Shown here piece by piece: positions 30,085-43,212 of a DNA stretch of 64,000 nt. Every line of letters starts with the position of its first letter. The first letter of the stretch is position 1. Source of the stretch: an uncultured Gammaproteobacteria bacterium (GTDB lineage Bacteria > Pseudomonadota > Gammaproteobacteria > CAWCPV01); assembly GCA_963797555.1 (NCBI GenBank), contig CAWCPV010000008.1, positions 1-64,000 on the forward strand. The letters are read 5' to 3'. The translations under genes were made by a program, and so were the position numbers. Under the pieces are notes generated by a model. It saw nothing but the letters and a program-made list of their open reading frames with translations, searched no databases and had not been told where the DNA came from.

Positions 30085-31305
30085 TCAGTCGTGGAGCAGG
30101 CTAGTGACCCACAGACTCATGCGGTCGAACCAGGTGCGCCACATCCCCCCTTCCGCGTCGTCCTGCAAGGCCACCAGGGGGAAGGATGCCAGAGGCTTTC
30201 CGTCCAGCGTGACGTTCACTTGGCCAACGGTCTCGCCCTTGTGCAGCGGGGCCTTGAGGGGCGTGTTCAGCTTTGGCGAGGCGGAGACCGCCTGAGCTTG
30301 CCCCTGGGGGACGGTCACCCGCAGGTCGCGGGTCAGGCCGACCGGGATCTGCTGCACATCCCCTTCCCAGACGCGCGCCGTGGCGACGGGCTGTCCCGCC
30401 TGATACAGGCGGCGGGATTCGAAGTTGCGAAAGCCGTAATTGAGGAGCGCCTCGCTCTCGCGGAACCGCTGCTCCACGGTGTCGGCGCCCATGACCGCGG
30501 TGATGAGCCTGAAGCCGTCCCGGTTCGCTGACGCGACCAGGCAGTAGCCGGCGGCATCCGTGAATCCGGTCTTCATCCCGTCCACCGCGGGGTCACGCCA
30601 CAACAGACGGTTGCGATTGTGCTGGGCGATGCCGTTATAAGTGAACTCTTTCTGAGAGTACCATTTGTAGTACTGGGGGAATTGCGCGATGATGGCGCTG
30701 GCCAGCAGCGCGGTGTCATGGGCGGTGGTGTAGTGCTCGGGCGCCGGGAGTCCGGTGCTGTTCACGTAATGGGTCCCGGTCATCCCGATCGCCTTGGCAT
30801 AGCGATTCATCAGGCCCGCGAACGCCTCCTCGCTTCCCGCCACCTGCTCCGCCAGCGCCACGCTGGCGTCGTTTCCGGACTGCACGATCATCCCTTGCAC
30901 CAGTTGCTCCAACGGCACCTGCTTGTTGACCTCGATGAACATGCGTGAGCCGGGGGTCTGCCATGCCTTCTTGCTGACCGTGACTTGGTCCTCCAGGTGC
31001 AGTCGGCCGTTGGCCAGCTCCTTGAAGACCACGTAGGCGGTCATGAGCTTGGTGAGGCTTGCCGGCTCCATCCGGGCATTCTGGTTCTGACCATCGAGCA
31101 CACGGTTACTCGCAAAATCGAGCAGTACGTATGCGCGGGCCCCCAGCTTGGGGACGGCCGGCGCGGAAACGGCCGGCGCGGGGACGGCCGCTAACGTCGC
31201 GCTCGCCTGGAGCAGCACGCCGATGGCGATGAGATGGGGAAGGAGGATGCGCGTAGAACACAACATGAGCGGTAGAAGGATAAAGAGTTTCGGGCTAGTC
31301 GACAA
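30085..31305 (-). CDS. dacA: D-alanyl-D-alanine carboxypeptidase (PBP5/6); start may be ~10-20 codons downstream
   Basis: PASLTK (SxxK), SGN, KTG motifs and PBP5 C-terminal domain. Confidence 0.9.
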   Translation of the reverse strand: MSTSPKLFILLPLMLCSTRILLPHLIAIGVLLQASATLAAVPAPAVSAPAVPKLGARAYVLLDFASNRVLDGQNQNARMEPASLTKLMTAYVVFKELANGRLHLEDQVTVSKKAWQTPGSRMFIEVNKQVPLEQLVQGMIVQSGNDASVALAEQVAGSEEAFAGLMNRYAKAIGMTGTHYVNSTGLPAPEHYTTAHDTALLASAIIAQFPQYYKWYSQKEFTYNGIAQHNRNRLLWRDPAVDGMKTGFTDAAGYCLVASANRDGFRLITAVMGADTVEQRFRESEALLNYGFRNFESRRLYQAGQPVATARVWEGDVQQIPVGLTRDLRVTVPQGQAQAVSASPKLNTPLKAPLHKGETVGQVNVTLDGKPLASFPLVALQDDAEGGMWRTWFDRMSLWVTSLLHD

Positions 31306-32212
31306 CCGTATGGACGGCGGGTACCCCGAGGCGGATCAACTGCTGCTGGAATCGGTCGGCGCTCACCTCGTCGGGAATCGGTCCTACGCGGACCCGGTAC
31401 AGCGTCCCTCCGGCCGCCGTGACGGGGTCGATGCGGACCGGCTCGATGCTGGCCTCCCGGAGCTGTTGCTCCAAGCGCGCGGCATTGGAGCGGCTGCTGA
31501 AGGCGCCCGCCTGCAGGTAGATATTCTCTCCCGGCGAAGAGGGAGCAGTGGGCTCGGGCGATGTCGGCACGACCCGCAGAGCCACGGGAGCCGTGCCCGC
31601 CGGGAACACCCCCAGCTTGGCCGCGGCGGCGTAAGAGAGATCCAGCAGTCGTCCGGGTTTGAACGGGCCACGGTCGTTGACCCTGACGACGACGCTGCGG
31701 CCGTTGGCGAGGTTGGTCACCTGCAGGTAACAGGGGATGGGGAGCGTCCGGTGGGCCGCGGTCATGCCCCAAACGTCGTAGATCTCTCCGCTGGAGGTTC
31801 GTTTGCCCTGAAACTTCCAGCCGTACCAGGACGCGACGCCGCGTTCCTGGTAGCCCGCCGCGTCCCGCTGGACCCAGTAGCGGTGACCGTCCACGTCGTA
31901 GAACATGGGATTTCCGTACGGGCTGGCCGGCTCCCACCGCGGCACGGGGTCGGGGATGGCGGAAAGGTCTCGCTGGTAGGGGGGCGGCCCATCCTGCCCC
32001 TCCCCCGTCGCGGGCAGTCTCTCGGGCCGAGGCGAGACCGTGCTGCATGCCTGCAGGGCCAGCGCCACCAGGGCCAGCCAGGGCAGCCTACAGGCAGCCG
32101 AAACCCTTGGAGCGAGGCTCGTCCGGCCCCGGTGCACGCACGGCCAACCAAGCTTCCCCGCCCGGGGAAGTCCGCGCCGGGTCCGCTCATAGACCCTGGC
32201 CCCGATGCTCAC
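31295..32212 (-). CDS. rlpA: Septal lytic transglycosylase lipoprotein RlpA (start uncertain)
   Basis: Lipobox LQAC, GVASWYG, TAAHRTLP, RVNDRGPF, C-terminal SPOR YLQAGAF. Confidence 0.93.
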   Translation of the reverse strand: MSIGARVYERTRRGLPRAGKLGWPCVHRGRTSLAPRVSAACRLPWLALVALALQACSTVSPRPERLPATGEGQDGPPPYQRDLSAIPDPVPRWEPASPYGNPMFYDVDGHRYWVQRDAAGYQERGVASWYGWKFQGKRTSSGEIYDVWGMTAAHRTLPIPCYLQVTNLANGRSVVVRVNDRGPFKPGRLLDLSYAAAAKLGVFPAGTAPVALRVVPTSPEPTAPSSPGENIYLQAGAFSSRSNAARLEQQLREASIEPVRIDPVTAAGGTLYRVRVGPIPDEVSADRFQQQLIRLGVPAVHTVVD

Positions 32213-33266
32213 GCTGGCCCCGGATGGCAGCGCCCAACTGCGTCACGGCCATGGCGTACAACGGGCTGTGATTGTAGCGAGTGATCACGTAGAAGTCGTG
32301 GAAGCCGGCCCAGTATTCGGGCCCGTTTTCGTCCTCCAGCGTCACGACGGCAGCAGGAGTGTCCTCGGGGAGGTCGCCGTCCACGCGCGCACCCAACGCC
32401 TTCAACGCCTTCAGGCTGTTGCGCGGGCCCGCGGCATCGGTCGGCAGCGGCTGGGCGGAGTCCGCCAGGGACAGGGGTGCGGCGATCGGACCCCCGCGCT
32501 CCCAGCCGTGCTCTGCCAGGTAATGGGCCACACTGCCGATGGCATCCGCCGCGCTGGACCATGGGTCGCGCTTACCGTCGTTGTCGAAGTCCACGGCATA
32601 GGCGCGGAAGCTGCTGGGCATGAACTGGCCCATGCCCATCGCGCCTGCATAGGAGCCCTTCAGGGTGGCGGGATCCAGACGTTCCTCCCGGGTAAGCAGC
32701 AGGAACTGCTCCAGCTCGGAGCGGAAATAGCTGCCCCGGGGCGGGTAGTGGAAGGCGAGCGTGCTCAGCGCGTCCAGTACCGGGTAGCGCCCCGCGTTTT
32801 GACCGTAGCGGGTCTCGACGCCGATGATAGCTACGACAATCTCCGGAGGAACGCCGTATATGGCCTGCGCCCGAGCGAGTGCGTCCGCGTGGGCGTTCCA
32901 GAACTCGAGGCCGGCATCGATGCGCGGCGTATTGAGGAAGATCGGCCGGTACTGATACCAGGGCTTGGCCTCCGCCGGTTTGGCGATGGCCTGAAGAATG
33001 TCGTTACGGATCTCCGCGGATTCGAAGAGTCGAGTCAGCGCCTCTCGATCGAACCCGTTTCGGACCACCATGTCATCGATGAATACCTGGACCTGCGGGT
33101 CCAAGCCCCCGGGCTGGGCGGTTTGCGGGGATCGCCCCTGCGGCGGCGGAGTATCCGCGTCCACTGCCGCCAGCGTCCCCAGCCCCAGGACCAGTGCCAT
33201 GCTCCAGCGCAGCACGAACGCGGAGGCGAAGCTTGGTTCCCTGCTGAGCATCGCCCTGGTCTTCAT
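32187..33266 (-). CDS. mltB: Lytic murein transglycosylase B
   Basis: IIGVETRYG, GSYAGAMG.GQFMPSS, AVDFD.DG, ITRYNHS.LYA. Confidence 0.93.
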   Translation of the reverse strand: MKTRAMLSREPSFASAFVLRWSMALVLGLGTLAAVDADTPPPQGRSPQTAQPGGLDPQVQVFIDDMVVRNGFDREALTRLFESAEIRNDILQAIAKPAEAKPWYQYRPIFLNTPRIDAGLEFWNAHADALARAQAIYGVPPEIVVAIIGVETRYGQNAGRYPVLDALSTLAFHYPPRGSYFRSELEQFLLLTREERLDPATLKGSYAGAMGMGQFMPSSFRAYAVDFDNDGKRDPWSSAADAIGSVAHYLAEHGWERGGPIAAPLSLADSAQPLPTDAAGPRNSLKALKALGARVDGDLPEDTPAAVVTLEDENGPEYWAGFHDFYVITRYNHSPLYAMAVTQLGAAIRGQREHRGQGL

Positions 33267-33289
33267 CGTCGTCGTTGGTGCCGCGCGTT

Positions 33290-34420
33290 TCACGGGGCCA
33301 GTCGGTTGCGGTGCGTGTGGACGGACATCAGCATACCGAATCCGGCAAACAAGGTCACCATGGAAGTGCCGCCGTAGCTCAACAGCGGCAGGGGCAGTCC
33401 GACCACGGGCAAGAGGCCCGTGACCATCCCGATGTTGACGAATACGTAGACGAAAAGAGTCAGTGCGATGCTGCCGGCCAGCATGCGCGAGAAGCTGTCC
33501 TGAGCCTGCGTGGCGACATACATCCCGCGTACCAGCAGGGCGACGTACAGGGCGATCACCAGCACTCCTCCCAACAGACCGAGCTCCTCGCCGAGCACGG
33601 CGAAGATGAAGTCGGTGGAGCGTTCGGGGACGAAGTCCAGGTGCGACTGCGTGCCGTTCAGCCAGCCCTTGCCATAGACGCCCCCGGAACCTATGGCGAT
33701 CTTGGACTGGATGATGTGGTAGCCGGCGCCCAAGGGGTCCCTTTCCGGGCTCAGGAAGATGAGCACGCGAAGCCTCTGATAGTCGTGCATCAGATACCAG
33801 AACACGGGGGCCAGGACGGCGAGCCCCAGCACCAGCGCCCCGATGAGCCGCCAGGACATTCCAGCCAGGAACACCACGAAGGCTCCGGCACACGCCACCA
33901 GCAAGGCTGTGCCCAGGTCCGGCTGCTTGGCGATCAGGACAGTGGGCAGCAGGATCAGAGCGCCTGCGACCAGCAGACGTTTCCCGCCGACGGGCAGTTG
34001 ACCGTCGCTGATGTAGGTTGCCACCATCAGAGGCACCGCGATCTTCATCATTTCCGAGGGCTGGAAGCGGATCAGGCCTAGATCCAGCCAGCGCTGGGCG
34101 CCTTTTCCGATCTCTCCGACCACGAGCACGGCACCTACCAGCAGCGTACCAGCGCCGTAGAACGCAGCCGCCCAGTGCTTCATCTGCTGCGGCGTCACCT
34201 GGGCCACCCCCGCCATGATGGCGCAGCCCGTGCCCAGGCGCAGCAACTGGCGGACGATGACCTGCGTGTCCTGTCCCGATGCCGAGTAGAGGACCGTCAG
34301 GCCGACACCGGACAGCACCGCGATACCGAGCAGCAGCGGCCAGTCGATGTGCCAGCGGAGCATGACACTGTCCCAGCTCGGGGCCCGTTCCATTGGCGGC
34401 TGTCGGTCAGCCCAGCGCAT
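33290..34420 (-). CDS. rodA: Rod shape-determining SEDS protein RodA
   Basis: GAQRWL, QPSE.MK, QPDLGT, GYHIIQSKIAIGSGG, PERSTDFIF, PLPLLSYGGTS. Confidence 0.96.
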   Translation of the reverse strand: MRWADRQPPMERAPSWDSVMLRWHIDWPLLLGIAVLSGVGLTVLYSASGQDTQVIVRQLLRLGTGCAIMAGVAQVTPQQMKHWAAAFYGAGTLLVGAVLVVGEIGKGAQRWLDLGLIRFQPSEMMKIAVPLMVATYISDGQLPVGGKRLLVAGALILLPTVLIAKQPDLGTALLVACAGAFVVFLAGMSWRLIGALVLGLAVLAPVFWYLMHDYQRLRVLIFLSPERDPLGAGYHIIQSKIAIGSGGVYGKGWLNGTQSHLDFVPERSTDFIFAVLGEELGLLGGVLVIALYVALLVRGMYVATQAQDSFSRMLAGSIALTLFVYVFVNIGMVTGLLPVVGLPLPLLSYGGTSMVTLFAGFGMLMSVHTHRNRLAP

Positions 34421-36268
34421 CACCGACCGCCCTCCAGGTAGGCGTCGAGCACCTGCCGGGCAATGGGAGCCGCGGTGGCCCCGCCGCTGCCTCCATGCTC
34501 GGCGACGACCGCTACCGCGATGCGTGGGTCCTTCACGGGCGCGAACGCGATGAACAGCGCGTGATCGCGCAGCTCCAGAGGCACCTCGTCCTTGTGGTAC
34601 TTTTCGTCCGGCCTCAGTCCGAACACTTGTGAGGTGCCGGTCTTGCCGGCGATCAGATAGGGCGCGTCGTGGCCAATGCCGCGAGCAGTTCCCCGGCTGC
34701 TGTTGACCACCCGTGTCAGCGAGGCGATGACATCGTCCCAATAGCTGGTACGGGACATCGGGATGGTCCCCAGGACACGGGGTGATGCCAGATCCAGCGG
34801 CCCGCCGCGCTCATCCTGGGTCGCGTACAGCACGTGCGGCTGGAAGCGCAGGCCGTGATTCGCGACGCTGGCCATCGCAGCCGCTAACTGCAGGGGCGTC
34901 GCTTGCAGGTACCCCTGCCCGATGCCGGTAATCAGGGTCTCCCCCGGAAACCACGCCGCTCCCTTCGCCGCTCTCTTCCAGTCCCGTGTGGGCAGCAGAC
35001 CCGGCAGCTCGCCGCTCAGGTCTATGCCGGTCGTGCGCCCGAGCCCGAACTCGCCCAGAACCGCAGACAGCCGGTCGATGCCCAGCGCCAATGCCAGGTT
35101 GTAGAAGTAGAACGTCGCACGACTCGACCAGGGCTCGGTCCATGTCCACCCGGCCATGGCCCGTGCGCCTCCAGCAACGGTACTTGTGATCGTTTCCCTT
35201 CAAGCGGTACCAGCCGGGACAATACGTGGCGTCGGCCGGCGTGACGACTTGGTATTGAAGCCCCGCCAGGGCCACGAAGGGCTTGAGGGTGGAGCCTGGA
35301 GGGTACCGGCCGCGCAGCGCGCGGTTGAACAGGGGCTGATCGGGCGATCTCTGTAGGGCCGCATAGGCCGCAGGGTCGAGCCCGCCGACGAATAGGTTGG
35401 GATCATACCCCGGCTTGCTGACCAGAGCGAGCACCTCGCCGGTACGGGGATCGAGCGCCACGATGGCGCCGTTGTATTCGCCCAGCGCCTCCTGGGCGCG
35501 TGCTTCGATCTGCGCGTCGATGGTCAGATAGAGGTTCTTACCGGGGACCGAAGGCGTCTCATCCAAGACGCGCAGAGCCCGGCCTTGGGCGTTGATCTCC
35601 ACCTGCTGCACCCCGACGCTTCCGTGCAGCACATCCTCGTAGTACTTTTCCACACCGACCTTGCCGATGTAGTTGGTGTTCCGATAGTTGGACGCGTCGA
35701 CCTGCTGCAGCTCGTCCACATCGATGCGCCCCACGTAGCCAAGGACATGCGCGCCAAGAGGCCCCAGAGGATAATGACGGCGCAGTCGCGCTTCGATGTC
35801 TACCCCTGGAAACTGCTGCCGGTTGACGGCGAAACGGGCCACCTCCTCCTCGGACAGGTTGAACCGCAGGGGCACGCTTTCGAACCGAGGCGTCCGGGCC
35901 AGCATCCGGTAGAAGCGCTGGACGTCGTCGTCGCCGATGGCGATCAGGTGCCGCAAGCGTTCTACGGTTGCGGGGAGATTGTCCACCTGTTCCGCAACCA
36001 CCTCCAGTTGGAACGACGGCAGGTTCTCGGCGAGCAGCACCCCGTTGCGGTCGTAAATGAGACCCCGAGTGGGCGGTGATGCCACGAGCTTCACCCGGTT
36101 GTCCCGCGAGAGCGTGGTGAAGTGCTCGTGGGCGACCACTTGCAGGTACACCAGCCGAAGCACCAGCAGGCCGGTCATGAACAAGGCGCCCGCTAATGCC
36201 ACCATGGCCCGGTGGTTGATGAGTCGGCTCTCGCGCAGGTAATCCTTGAGGGCGCTATCCGGAAGCAT
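34420..36268 (-). CDS. mrdA: Penicillin-binding protein 2, with an apparent 1-bp frameshift at ~35111 (likely sequencing error)
   Basis: PPTRGLIYDRNG, YPPGSTLKP (SxxK), SCD(V)YFY split across frames, AGKTGTSQ. Confidence 0.93.
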
Positions 36269-36270
36269 GG

Positions 36271-36753
36271 TTAGCTCACACGGAACCGCCGCCGCAAGTC
36301 CCGCAAAATGATGAACAGCCAGGGCCAGAGCAGCATACTCGTGAGCGATGGCAGCCAGTAGCGCCAATGGGTGGGGGCCTGACCCAGGACACCCTTGATC
36401 CACAGGACCAGCAGCCGCTCCAATGCGACAAGCGCCAGGACGGCGAGCGCTTGCCGCCACAGCGGATAGACCCGAAGATGCCGGTAGCCCCTCAAGCACA
36501 TATATGCCACGACGGTGAACGCCAGGGCGTGCTGACCGAGCAGGCTGCCGTACAGGGAGTCTAGGAGCAGCCCCGCGATCCAGGCCAGCCCCATGCCCAC
36601 TCGATGGGGCAAGGCGATGCACCAGTACATGAGCACGAGGAGCACCCATTCCGGGCGGTAAGGCGCCGCCCAGTCGGGCAGGGGCAATATGCTGAGGGAC
36701 AACGCGACCAGGAGTGTGGACAGGATCACCCAGGCGCCACGCTGCGGCGTCAC
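36271..36753 (-). CDS. mreD: Rod shape-determining protein MreD
   Basis: RPEWVLLVLMYW....PHRVG, GLLLD...GSLLGQHAL. Confidence 0.95.
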   Translation of the reverse strand: MTPQRGAWVILSTLLVALSLSILPLPDWAAPYRPEWVLLVLMYWCIALPHRVGMGLAWIAGLLLDSLYGSLLGQHALAFTVVAYMCLRGYRHLRVYPLWRQALAVLALVALERLLVLWIKGVLGQAPTHWRYWLPSLTSMLLWPWLFIILRDLRRRFRVS

Positions 36754-36818
36754 CGGCCCTCCGCAGTACAGCAGAAGGGGTCAGTCAGCACGTCCTTCTG
36801 CGGCGCGCAGCGATCTGG

Positions 36819-37709
36819 TCAGCCACCGCCATCGGAGCCGGCCACGGGTCGGGGTGGGTCCGTACGTCCGGTGTCGGGCTCCTGGGCGTTGGGCCACACC
36901 AGGAGCACCTCGCGGCTGCGATCCAGATGCGCGCTCGGGAGCACCTCGACCTTGGCGAAGGGCTGGCCCGGACTCGGTTTCACGGACAGCACGGTGCCCA
37001 CCGGGTATCCGGGGGGGAAACGGCCTCCCAGGCCCGAGGTGGTCAGCAGGTCGCCGGGGCGGAGGTCGGCGTTGTTGGGCAGGTGGAGGATTTCCAGGAG
37101 GTTGCCGGAGCCGGTGCCGACCGCGATCGTCCTCACGCCGTTGCGATTCACCTGCACCGGAATGGCGTGGTTGGGGTCGCTCACCAGCATGACCCGGCTC
37201 GAGAAGGGTCCCGTATGGACGACCTGCCCCATCACGCCGTCGGCATCCAGCACCGGCTGCCCGATGAACACGCCTTGGCGCGTCCCCTTGTCTATCACGA
37301 TTTGCTGGGAGTACGGCTCGGTGGCTACCGCGAGCAGCTCTGCAATCAGCATGCGCTCACCCACCCGGAACCGGAAGGAGGACTCTAACAGCTCCCTCAG
37401 GCGCATGTTCTCCGACTCCAGGGCGAGGTACTTCTGCAGGCGACCCTTGAGCAGCAGGTACTGGGCTTGGAGGCTGGCGTTCTCCTCCAGCAGCGTCTGC
37501 CGGGCGGCGAGGCTCTCGCTCAGCCACTCGCCCGCGTTAACGGGCAGGTTCACCAGCCACTGTATCGGGTACACCACGACCGACAGACCCGCGCGCACCA
37601 TCTCGAGCTGCGGCAGCCGATGATCGGCCCACATCAGGGCAACGCATGCGACGACGAACGCCACGAGGCGCGCCGTTATGAGCGGCCGGTGGGAAAAGAT
37701 CCGTTTGAT
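36819..37709 (-). CDS. mreC: Rod shape-determining protein MreC; probable non-canonical ATC start at 37709
   Basis: EN.RLRELL, IDKG...GV, GVMGQV, TSGLGGRFPPGYPVG. Upstream extension (I)KRIFSHRP follows a GGAGGA SD. Confidence 0.92.
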   Translation of the reverse strand: MKRIFSHRPLITARLVAFVVACVALMWADHRLPQLEMVRAGLSVVVYPIQWLVNLPVNAGEWLSESLAARQTLLEENASLQAQYLLLKGRLQKYLALESENMRLRELLESSFRFRVGERMLIAELLAVATEPYSQQIVIDKGTRQGVFIGQPVLDADGVMGQVVHTGPFSSRVMLVSDPNHAIPVQVNRNGVRTIAVGTGSGNLLEILHLPNNADLRPGDLLTTSGLGGRFPPGYPVGTVLSVKPSPGQPFAKVEVLPSAHLDRSREVLLVWPNAQEPDTGRTDPPRPVAGSDGGG

Positions 37710-37729
37710 ACCGGTCCTCCCGGAAGAGG

Positions 37730-39201
<1,472 letters not shown>

Positions 39202-39202
39202 C

Positions 39203-40696
39203 ATGGAGGAGCGCACCGTCGCCAAGCTGTCGCAGGCGCTGGGCCGCCGGGCCGTCTCCAGCGAGGAGCTGACGCGGTTCTACCTGCAGCGCATCGAGCG
39301 CCTCAACCCTCTCTTGAACTGCTACGTCACGGTCTGCGCCGGCGAAGCGCTTGCGGCGGCGCGTGCAGCCGACCGCCGCATCGCGGCCGGGGAAGCCGGG
39401 CCGCTCACGGGCATCCCCATCGCCCATAAGGACATCTTCTGCACCCTCGGCGTGAAGACGAGCTGCGGCTCGCGCATGCTGGACACCTTCGTGGCCCCGT
39501 ACGACGCCCACGTGGTGAGCCAGCTTAAGGCGGCGGGGGCGGTGCTTCTCGGGAAGACCAACATGGACGAGTTTGCCATGGGCTCGTCCAACGAGACCAG
39601 CTACTACGGCCCGGTCAAGAATCCGTGGGACCTCGGTCGGGTGCCGGGCGGGTCGTCGGGCGGCAGCGCAACGGCGATCGCCGCTCAGCTCGCCCCGGCG
39701 GCAACCGGCACGGATACCGGCGGCTCCATCCGCCAGCCGGCGTCACTCTGCGGCATCACGGGCCTCAAGCCGACCTACGGCCGGGTCTCGCGTTACGGCA
39801 TGGTCGCCTTCGCTTCCAGCCTGGATCAGGGCGGTCCCATGGCGCGCACCGCCGAGGACTGCGCCCTGTTGCTCGGCGCCATGGCGGGGTTTGACGAGCG
39901 CGACTCTACCTGCGTGGACCGCCCAGTAGAGGATTACGCCGCTGCTCTCGGCCGGCCGGTCGAGGGCCTGCGTATCGGGCTGCCCCGTGAATATTTCGGG
40001 CCGGGCCTGGACGCCGAGGTGGCCCAGGTCATCGAGGCGGCGGTCGCGCAGTACGAGGGAATGGGAGCACGGGCCGAAGAGATCAGCCTGCCGAACACGG
40101 CGTTGGCCGTGCCGGCCTACTATGTGGTGGCCCCGGCCGAGGCCTCGTCGAACCTGGCGCGCTACGATGGGGTGCGCTACGGCTACCGCTGCGACGCGCC
40201 CCGCGACCTGGAGGATCTCTACAAGCGTTCCCGCGGAGAAGGCTTCGGTCCCGAGGTGACGCGGCGCATCCTGGTGGGGACCTATGCGCTGTCCGCGGGC
40301 TACTACGACGCGTATTACCTCAAGGCGCAGAAGCTGCGACGCCTGATCAGCGAGGACTTCCGCCGGGCCTTCGGGCAGGTGGACGTGATCATGGGGCCCA
40401 CTTCGCCCACCGTGGCATTCAGAATCGGGGAGAAGACCACGGACCCCGTGGCCATGTATCTCTCGGACGTCTATACGATTGCCGTGAATTTGGCCGGTCT
40501 GCCCGCCATCTCGCTGCCGGCGGGCTTCGCGAGCGGGCTGCCGGTCGGCCTACAGATCATCGGCGACTACTTCGAGGAGGCGCGTCTGCTCAATGCCGCC
40601 CACCAGTATCAGCAGGCGACCGACTGGCATCGGCGCCTGCCCGAGGGATCTGAAGGCGTGGGGGAAGGCGTGAAGGCCGCGAGGGGCGAATGGTGA
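39203..40696 (+). CDS. gatA: Asp/Glu-tRNA amidotransferase subunit A
   Basis: [42 protein letters not shown]. Confidence 0.97.
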   Translation: MEERTVAKLSQALGRRAVSSEELTRFYLQRIERLNPLLNCYVTVCAGEALAAARAADRRIAAGEAGPLTGIPIAHKDIFCTLGVKTSCGSRMLDTFVAPYDAHVVSQLKAAGAVLLGKTNMDEFAMGSSNETSYYGPVKNPWDLGRVPGGSSGGSATAIAAQLAPAATGTDTGGSIRQPASLCGITGLKPTYGRVSRYGMVAFASSLDQGGPMARTAEDCALLLGAMAGFDERDSTCVDRPVEDYAAALGRPVEGLRIGLPREYFGPGLDAEVAQVIEAAVAQYEGMGARAEEISLPNTALAVPAYYVVAPAEASSNLARYDGVRYGYRCDAPRDLEDLYKRSRGEGFGPEVTRRILVGTYALSAGYYDAYYLKAQKLRRLISEDFRRAFGQVDVIMGPTSPTVAFRIGEKTTDPVAMYLSDVYTIAVNLAGLPAISLPAGFASGLPVGLQIIGDYFEEARLLNAAHQYQQATDWHRRLPEGSEGVGEGVKAARGEW

Positions 40697-42174
40697 CGTC
40701 GGAAGTGGCAGCGAGAGTCTCGGAAACGCTCCAGCGTTGGGAGCCGGTCATCGGCCTGGAAATACACGCCCAGCTCTCCACGGTGAGCAAGCTGTTCTCG
40801 GCGGCGCCGACGGCCTACGGTGCGCCCCCCAACACGCAGGCCTGCGGTATCGACTTGGGGTTGCCGGGGGTGCTGCCGGTCCTCAACCGGGAGGCCGTGC
40901 GCATGGCGGTGAAGTTCGGGCTCGCCATCGCCGGGGAGATCGCGTGCCGCTCCGTGTTCGCGCGCAAGAACTACTTCTATCCGGACCTCCCCAAGGGCTA
41001 CCAGATCAGCCAGTACGAGCTGCCGCTCGTCTTGCACGGCTATGTGGACATCGAGGGCGATGACGGGCGCACCAAGCGCATCGGTGTCACCCGGGTGCAC
41101 ATGGAGGAGGACGCCGGCAAGTCGGTGCACGACGTCTTCCACGGCCTCACGGGCATCGATCTGAACCGGGCCGGCACCCCGCTCATCGAGATCGTGTCCG
41201 AGCCGGATCTGAGGTCGGCCCGAGAGGCGGTGGCCTACATGAAAAAGGTGCACGCCCTGGTGCGCTACCTGGAGATCTGCGATGGCAACATGCAGGAGGG
41301 CTCGTTCCGGTGCGATGCCAACGTCTCCGTGCGGCGCAAGGGCGATCGGCACTTCGGGACGCGCACCGAGCTGAAGAATCTGAACTCCTTCCGGTTCGTG
41401 GAGCGTGCCATCAACTACGAGATCGAGCGGCAGATCGACGTGCTGGAGGGCGGTGGGAGCGTGGTGCAGGAGACGCGTCTCTACGATGCCGACAGGAACG
41501 AGACGCGGCCCATGCGCTCCAAGGAGGAAGCGCACGACTACCGCTACTTCCCCGAGCCCGATTTGCTGCCTCTGGTGCTCAGCGAAGCGGTCATCGAGGA
41601 GGCGCGAAACGAGCTGCCGGAGCTGCCGGACGCCAAGCGCGAGCGTTTCGAGACCGAGTACGCCCTGAGCGGCTACGATGCGGGTGTGCTGACGGCGACC
41701 CGTGACATGGCGGACTACTTCGAGGCGACGGTGCGGGGCTGCGCAGACGCCAAGCTCGCGGCCAACTGGGTGATGGGCGATCTCTCTGGGGCACTGAACA
41801 AGTCCGCTGTGGAGATCGCCGACAGCCCGGTGAGCCCGGCGCAGCTCGCGGGGCTGCTGGGTCGTATCCTGGACGGCACGATCTCGGGCAAGATCGCCAA
41901 GCAGGTATTCGAATCCATGTGGGCCGGTGAAGGGGACGCCGACGCCGTCATCGAGCGCGAGGGGTTGCGCCAGATCACCGACACGAGCGCCATCGACCGG
42001 GTCATCGAGCAGGTGATCGCCCAGTTCCCGACCCAGACGGCGCAGTACCGCGGCGGCCAGGAGAAGCTGCTGGGCTTCTTCGTGGGTCAGGTCATGAAGG
42101 CCACGGCCGGCAAGGCCAACCCCCAGCAGGTGAATGCCGTGCTCAAGGAAAAGCTGGCCGGCCCCAGGGGTTGA
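40690..42174 (+). CDS. gatB: Asp/Glu-tRNA amidotransferase subunit B
   Basis: [52 protein letters not shown]. Confidence 0.97.
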   Translation: MVTSEVAARVSETLQRWEPVIGLEIHAQLSTVSKLFSAAPTAYGAPPNTQACGIDLGLPGVLPVLNREAVRMAVKFGLAIAGEIACRSVFARKNYFYPDLPKGYQISQYELPLVLHGYVDIEGDDGRTKRIGVTRVHMEEDAGKSVHDVFHGLTGIDLNRAGTPLIEIVSEPDLRSAREAVAYMKKVHALVRYLEICDGNMQEGSFRCDANVSVRRKGDRHFGTRTELKNLNSFRFVERAINYEIERQIDVLEGGGSVVQETRLYDADRNETRPMRSKEEAHDYRYFPEPDLLPLVLSEAVIEEARNELPELPDAKRERFETEYALSGYDAGVLTATRDMADYFEATVRGCADAKLAANWVMGDLSGALNKSAVEIADSPVSPAQLAGLLGRILDGTISGKIAKQVFESMWAGEGDADAVIEREGLRQITDTSAIDRVIEQVIAQFPTQTAQYRGGQEKLLGFFVGQVMKATAGKANPQQVNAVLKEKLAGPRG

Positions 42175-42295
42175 ACCGGCCACCCTTGTGCCGAGAACCG
42201 CTCCCCGCTCGGGGGGAACGGGGCAAACGCGCTCCGCGTCGGCGCAGTGAAGCCGCCGAGACCGTCCCGGACCCGCTCTGCCCGCCGGGGTGCGC

Positions 42296-43151
42296 ATGGC
42301 ATCCCTAGCCGATCGCCTGAAGCTCTCCGCCCGCGCCCTGCTGGATCCGGGTTGGCTCGATCAGTGGCCGCGCCTCGTGAGACCGGCCCAGTTCCTGCTC
42401 GTCAGCCTGCTTGCCTACGAAGTCGCGAACCTCACCCTGCTCATCGTGGGCCCCCACTCTCTGGACGCGCCCTCCAAGGCGACCGTCCCGGTTCACTCTC
42501 GAAACGCCGGGCTGAGCGCCGAGGAGCTGCGTTATCTCCTGGCCCAGGACCCGTTCGCCGGTGCCGCGGGTGCGGGGAAGACCACGACGTTCTGCAGCTC
42601 CTGCGGGCAGGAGCCGGCTGCGGGTCGAGCTGATGGGCACCTCCGTGGGGGAAGAGCCGGACAGCTATGCCATTCTGTTGGTGCCCGAGCTGAAGCCGCA
42701 GGAGGAGGTCTATCGCCTCGGCGAGCAGCTCACGCCAGGCGTGTCCCTGCGGCGCATCGAACGCGACCGGGTGGTGCTGCTCGACCACGAACAGGAACAG
42801 ACGGTCATGCTCGAAGAGCGGGGCTCGGCGGCTCCGGGACAGGGGACGCCGGCGCGCACGCTTTCCAGGGCGCAGGTGAACGCCCAGAAGCAGGACCCCG
42901 CCCGATTCATCCGCAGCATCGAGCTGCAGCCGGCTGCCCAGGGGCTGCAGGTGACGCGTCTGCAGCAAGGCAGTCTTCTGCAGCGCGCCGGCCTCGCCCA
43001 GGGCGACGTGATCTTGGCGGTGAACGGGCAGCCCGTCAGATCGATGGGGGACTTGGCGGCTGTCTATGGAGGCATGGAAGAGGCCAGCGACATCGAGGTC
43101 CAGGTCCTGCGCGGCGGTGCGGCGATGACCCTGTCGGTGGCGATCCGCTGA
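42296..43151 (+). CDS. gspC: Type II secretion GspC-like protein (TM + HR + PDZ), frameshift at ~42590
   Basis: N-terminal TM; L.GT...YAIL...Y.LGE...L..I..DRVVL HR domain; PDZ GL..GDVILAVNG. Confidence 0.7.
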
Positions 43152-43212
43152 GAGCTTAGTGCCGGATAGGCCAGTTGCTATACTGAGCCTTGGCCACTCC
43201 AGGGAGGCAGCT

